Shown in pieces: positions 62,933-64,000 of a stretch of 64,000 bases of DNA. The stretch covers positions 12,375 to 76,374 of the forward strand of contig CAVFAN010000009.1 of the NCBI GenBank assembly GCA_963620555.1, written 5' to 3'. The stretch is from a bacterium (GTDB lineage: Bacteria > Bacillota > Clostridia > Oscillospirales > Acutalibacteraceae). The notes under the pieces are model-generated. The model searched no databases. It saw nothing but the letters and a program-made list of their open reading frames with translations, and was not told the DNA's origin. The position numbers and the translations under genes were made by a program. Position 1 is the first letter of the stretch. Every line of letters starts with the position of its first letter.

Positions 62933-64000
62933 TACCGATACTTTATAAGCCGGACGCAAAAACCAAAATCGGCTGGCTTGCCGAGGCGAGTGACTGCCAG
63001 TGTACGGAGGAGCGTAACGGCGTTTTCGAGCTGGAATTTCAATATCCGATGCTCGGGCGATATGCCGCTGACCTTGTCATTGACCGATATGTCAAGGCAA
63101 AGCCAAACGCGACCGCCGCAAATCAGTTTTTCCACATCCGCAAAGTGTCAAAACCTATTAACGGCATGTTTACCGTCAGCTGCGAGCACATCAGTTATGC
63201 ACTTTCCGGCTATCCGGTACCGACCGTTTCGGCATCCGGCAATGCGCAAGTCGCGATAAATGCCATATTGACCGCCGCCAAAAATCAGCTCGGCACGGAC
63301 ACGGGCTTTTCTGTGGCGACGACCGATATCACTCTGTCGTCGTCAATCGAGCTGACCAATGTCTCGGCGCGCGCCGCGCTCGGCGGAGTGTCCGGCTCCG
63401 TCCTCGACATCTACGGCGGCGAGTACGAGTTTGACAATTACACGATAAAACTGCACAAGGCACGCGGCAAAGACCGCGGCGTCAGAATCGCATACGGTCG
63501 CAACATGACGGAGTTAAAGTGCGATATCGATATGGACAGCGCATACACCGGCATATATGGCTATGTCAAAAACGACAATGTCGACCTGCATAGCTATAAG
63601 GCGGTGACAAACTCAAGCGGTATAAACACAAAAACGCTGATACGCGATTTTTCGTCTGATTTTTCGGGCGGCGACAGCGAAATCACGCAGAGCGGGCTTG
63701 ACTCGGCGGTGGCAGCATACGCGGCGGCGAATGATATCAACTCGCCGACTGTGTCAATGACCGTGTCCTTTGTGGACTTGTCGCAGTCACCGGAATACGC
63801 GAGCTTTTCCGCGCTCGAGTCGGTCAGCCTTTGCGATACGGTGCAGATTTACCACAAAGACCTCGATATCAATATCAAAGCAAAGGTAATTAAAACCGTC
63901 TATGATGTCCTGCGCGAGCGGTACACATCTATTGACCTCGGCTCGCCGCGCGCGAATTTTGCCGATGTCATAAAACAGACGGTCAGCGAGACCAAAGACC
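62929..64000 (+). CDS. Tail-associated protein (Tal / prophage tail endopeptidase family), 3'-truncated by the window
   Basis: An open frame runs from ATG 62929 (overlapping the Dit TGA) to the window end, starting MIPILYKPDAKTKIGWLAEA...NGVFELEFQYP. It is absent from the ORF track because no stop codon lies in the window. Confidence 0.85.
   Translation, partial: MIPILYKPDAKTKIGWLAEASDCQCTEERNGVFELEFQYPMLGRYAADLVIDRYVKAKPNATAANQFFHIRKVSKPINGMFTVSCEHISYALSGYPVPTVSASGNAQVAINAILTAAKNQLGTDTGFSVATTDITLSSSIELTNVSARAALGGVSGSVLDIYGGEYEFDNYTIKLHKARGKDRGVRIAYGRNMTELKCDIDMDSAYTGIYGYVKNDNVDLHSYKAVTNSSGINTKTLIRDFSSDFSGGDSEITQSGLDSAVAAYAAANDINSPTVSMTVSFVDLSQSPEYASFSALESVSLCDTVQIYHKDLDINIKAKVIKTVYDVLRERYTSIDLGSPRANFADVIKQTVSETKD

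Larger units (their letters stand above)
38675..64000. mobile_element. Siphovirus-type prophage integrated next to tRNA-Val (left end; right end beyond the window)
   Basis: A tyrosine integrase abuts the tRNA. The gene order is CI/Cro switch, early genes, HNH, TerS, TerL, portal, protease, capsid, connectors, major tail, G/T chaperone, tape measure, Dit, Tal. Confidence 0.92.

Overview
High-GC Firmicutes (Clostridia/Oscillospiraceae-like) chromosome. Positions 1-38.7 kb are core and accessory genes: galU, a comM/yifB-type ATPase, prfB, and a MerR-flavodoxin-aldo/keto reductase operon. There is also an OmpR/histidine-kinase/PepSY operon, a metabolic island with a split transketolase, a class-III aminotransferase and SCP2-like proteins, then cysK-mnmA-rrf2, a GH78 rhamnosidase and four tRNAs. 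From about 38.7 kb to the window end lies a siphovirus-type prophage integrated next to tRNA-Val. It carries integrase, a CI/Cro switch, an early region with PcfK/PcfJ, VRR-NUC and an HUH Rep-like protein, then HNH, terminase, HK97-type head genes and tail genes. Its right end is outside the window. Five observations seem most worth follow-up. (1) A 0.9-kb ORF-free block in the prophage holds one near-canonical tRNA and three non-canonical tRNA-like modules. (2) Perfect 164-bp tandem repeats beside tRNA-Ala each fuse a structured ~100-nt body to the tRNA 3' end, CCA and terminator. (3) A Cys-rich leader ORF plus terminator sits upstream of cysK, resembling a ribosome-mediated cysteine attenuator. 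(4) A membrane-anchored HIRAN-like protein appears co-transcribed with the prophage repressor. (5) The metabolic island is uncharacterised. All calls come from reading the sequence and the ORF translations; no database search was run.
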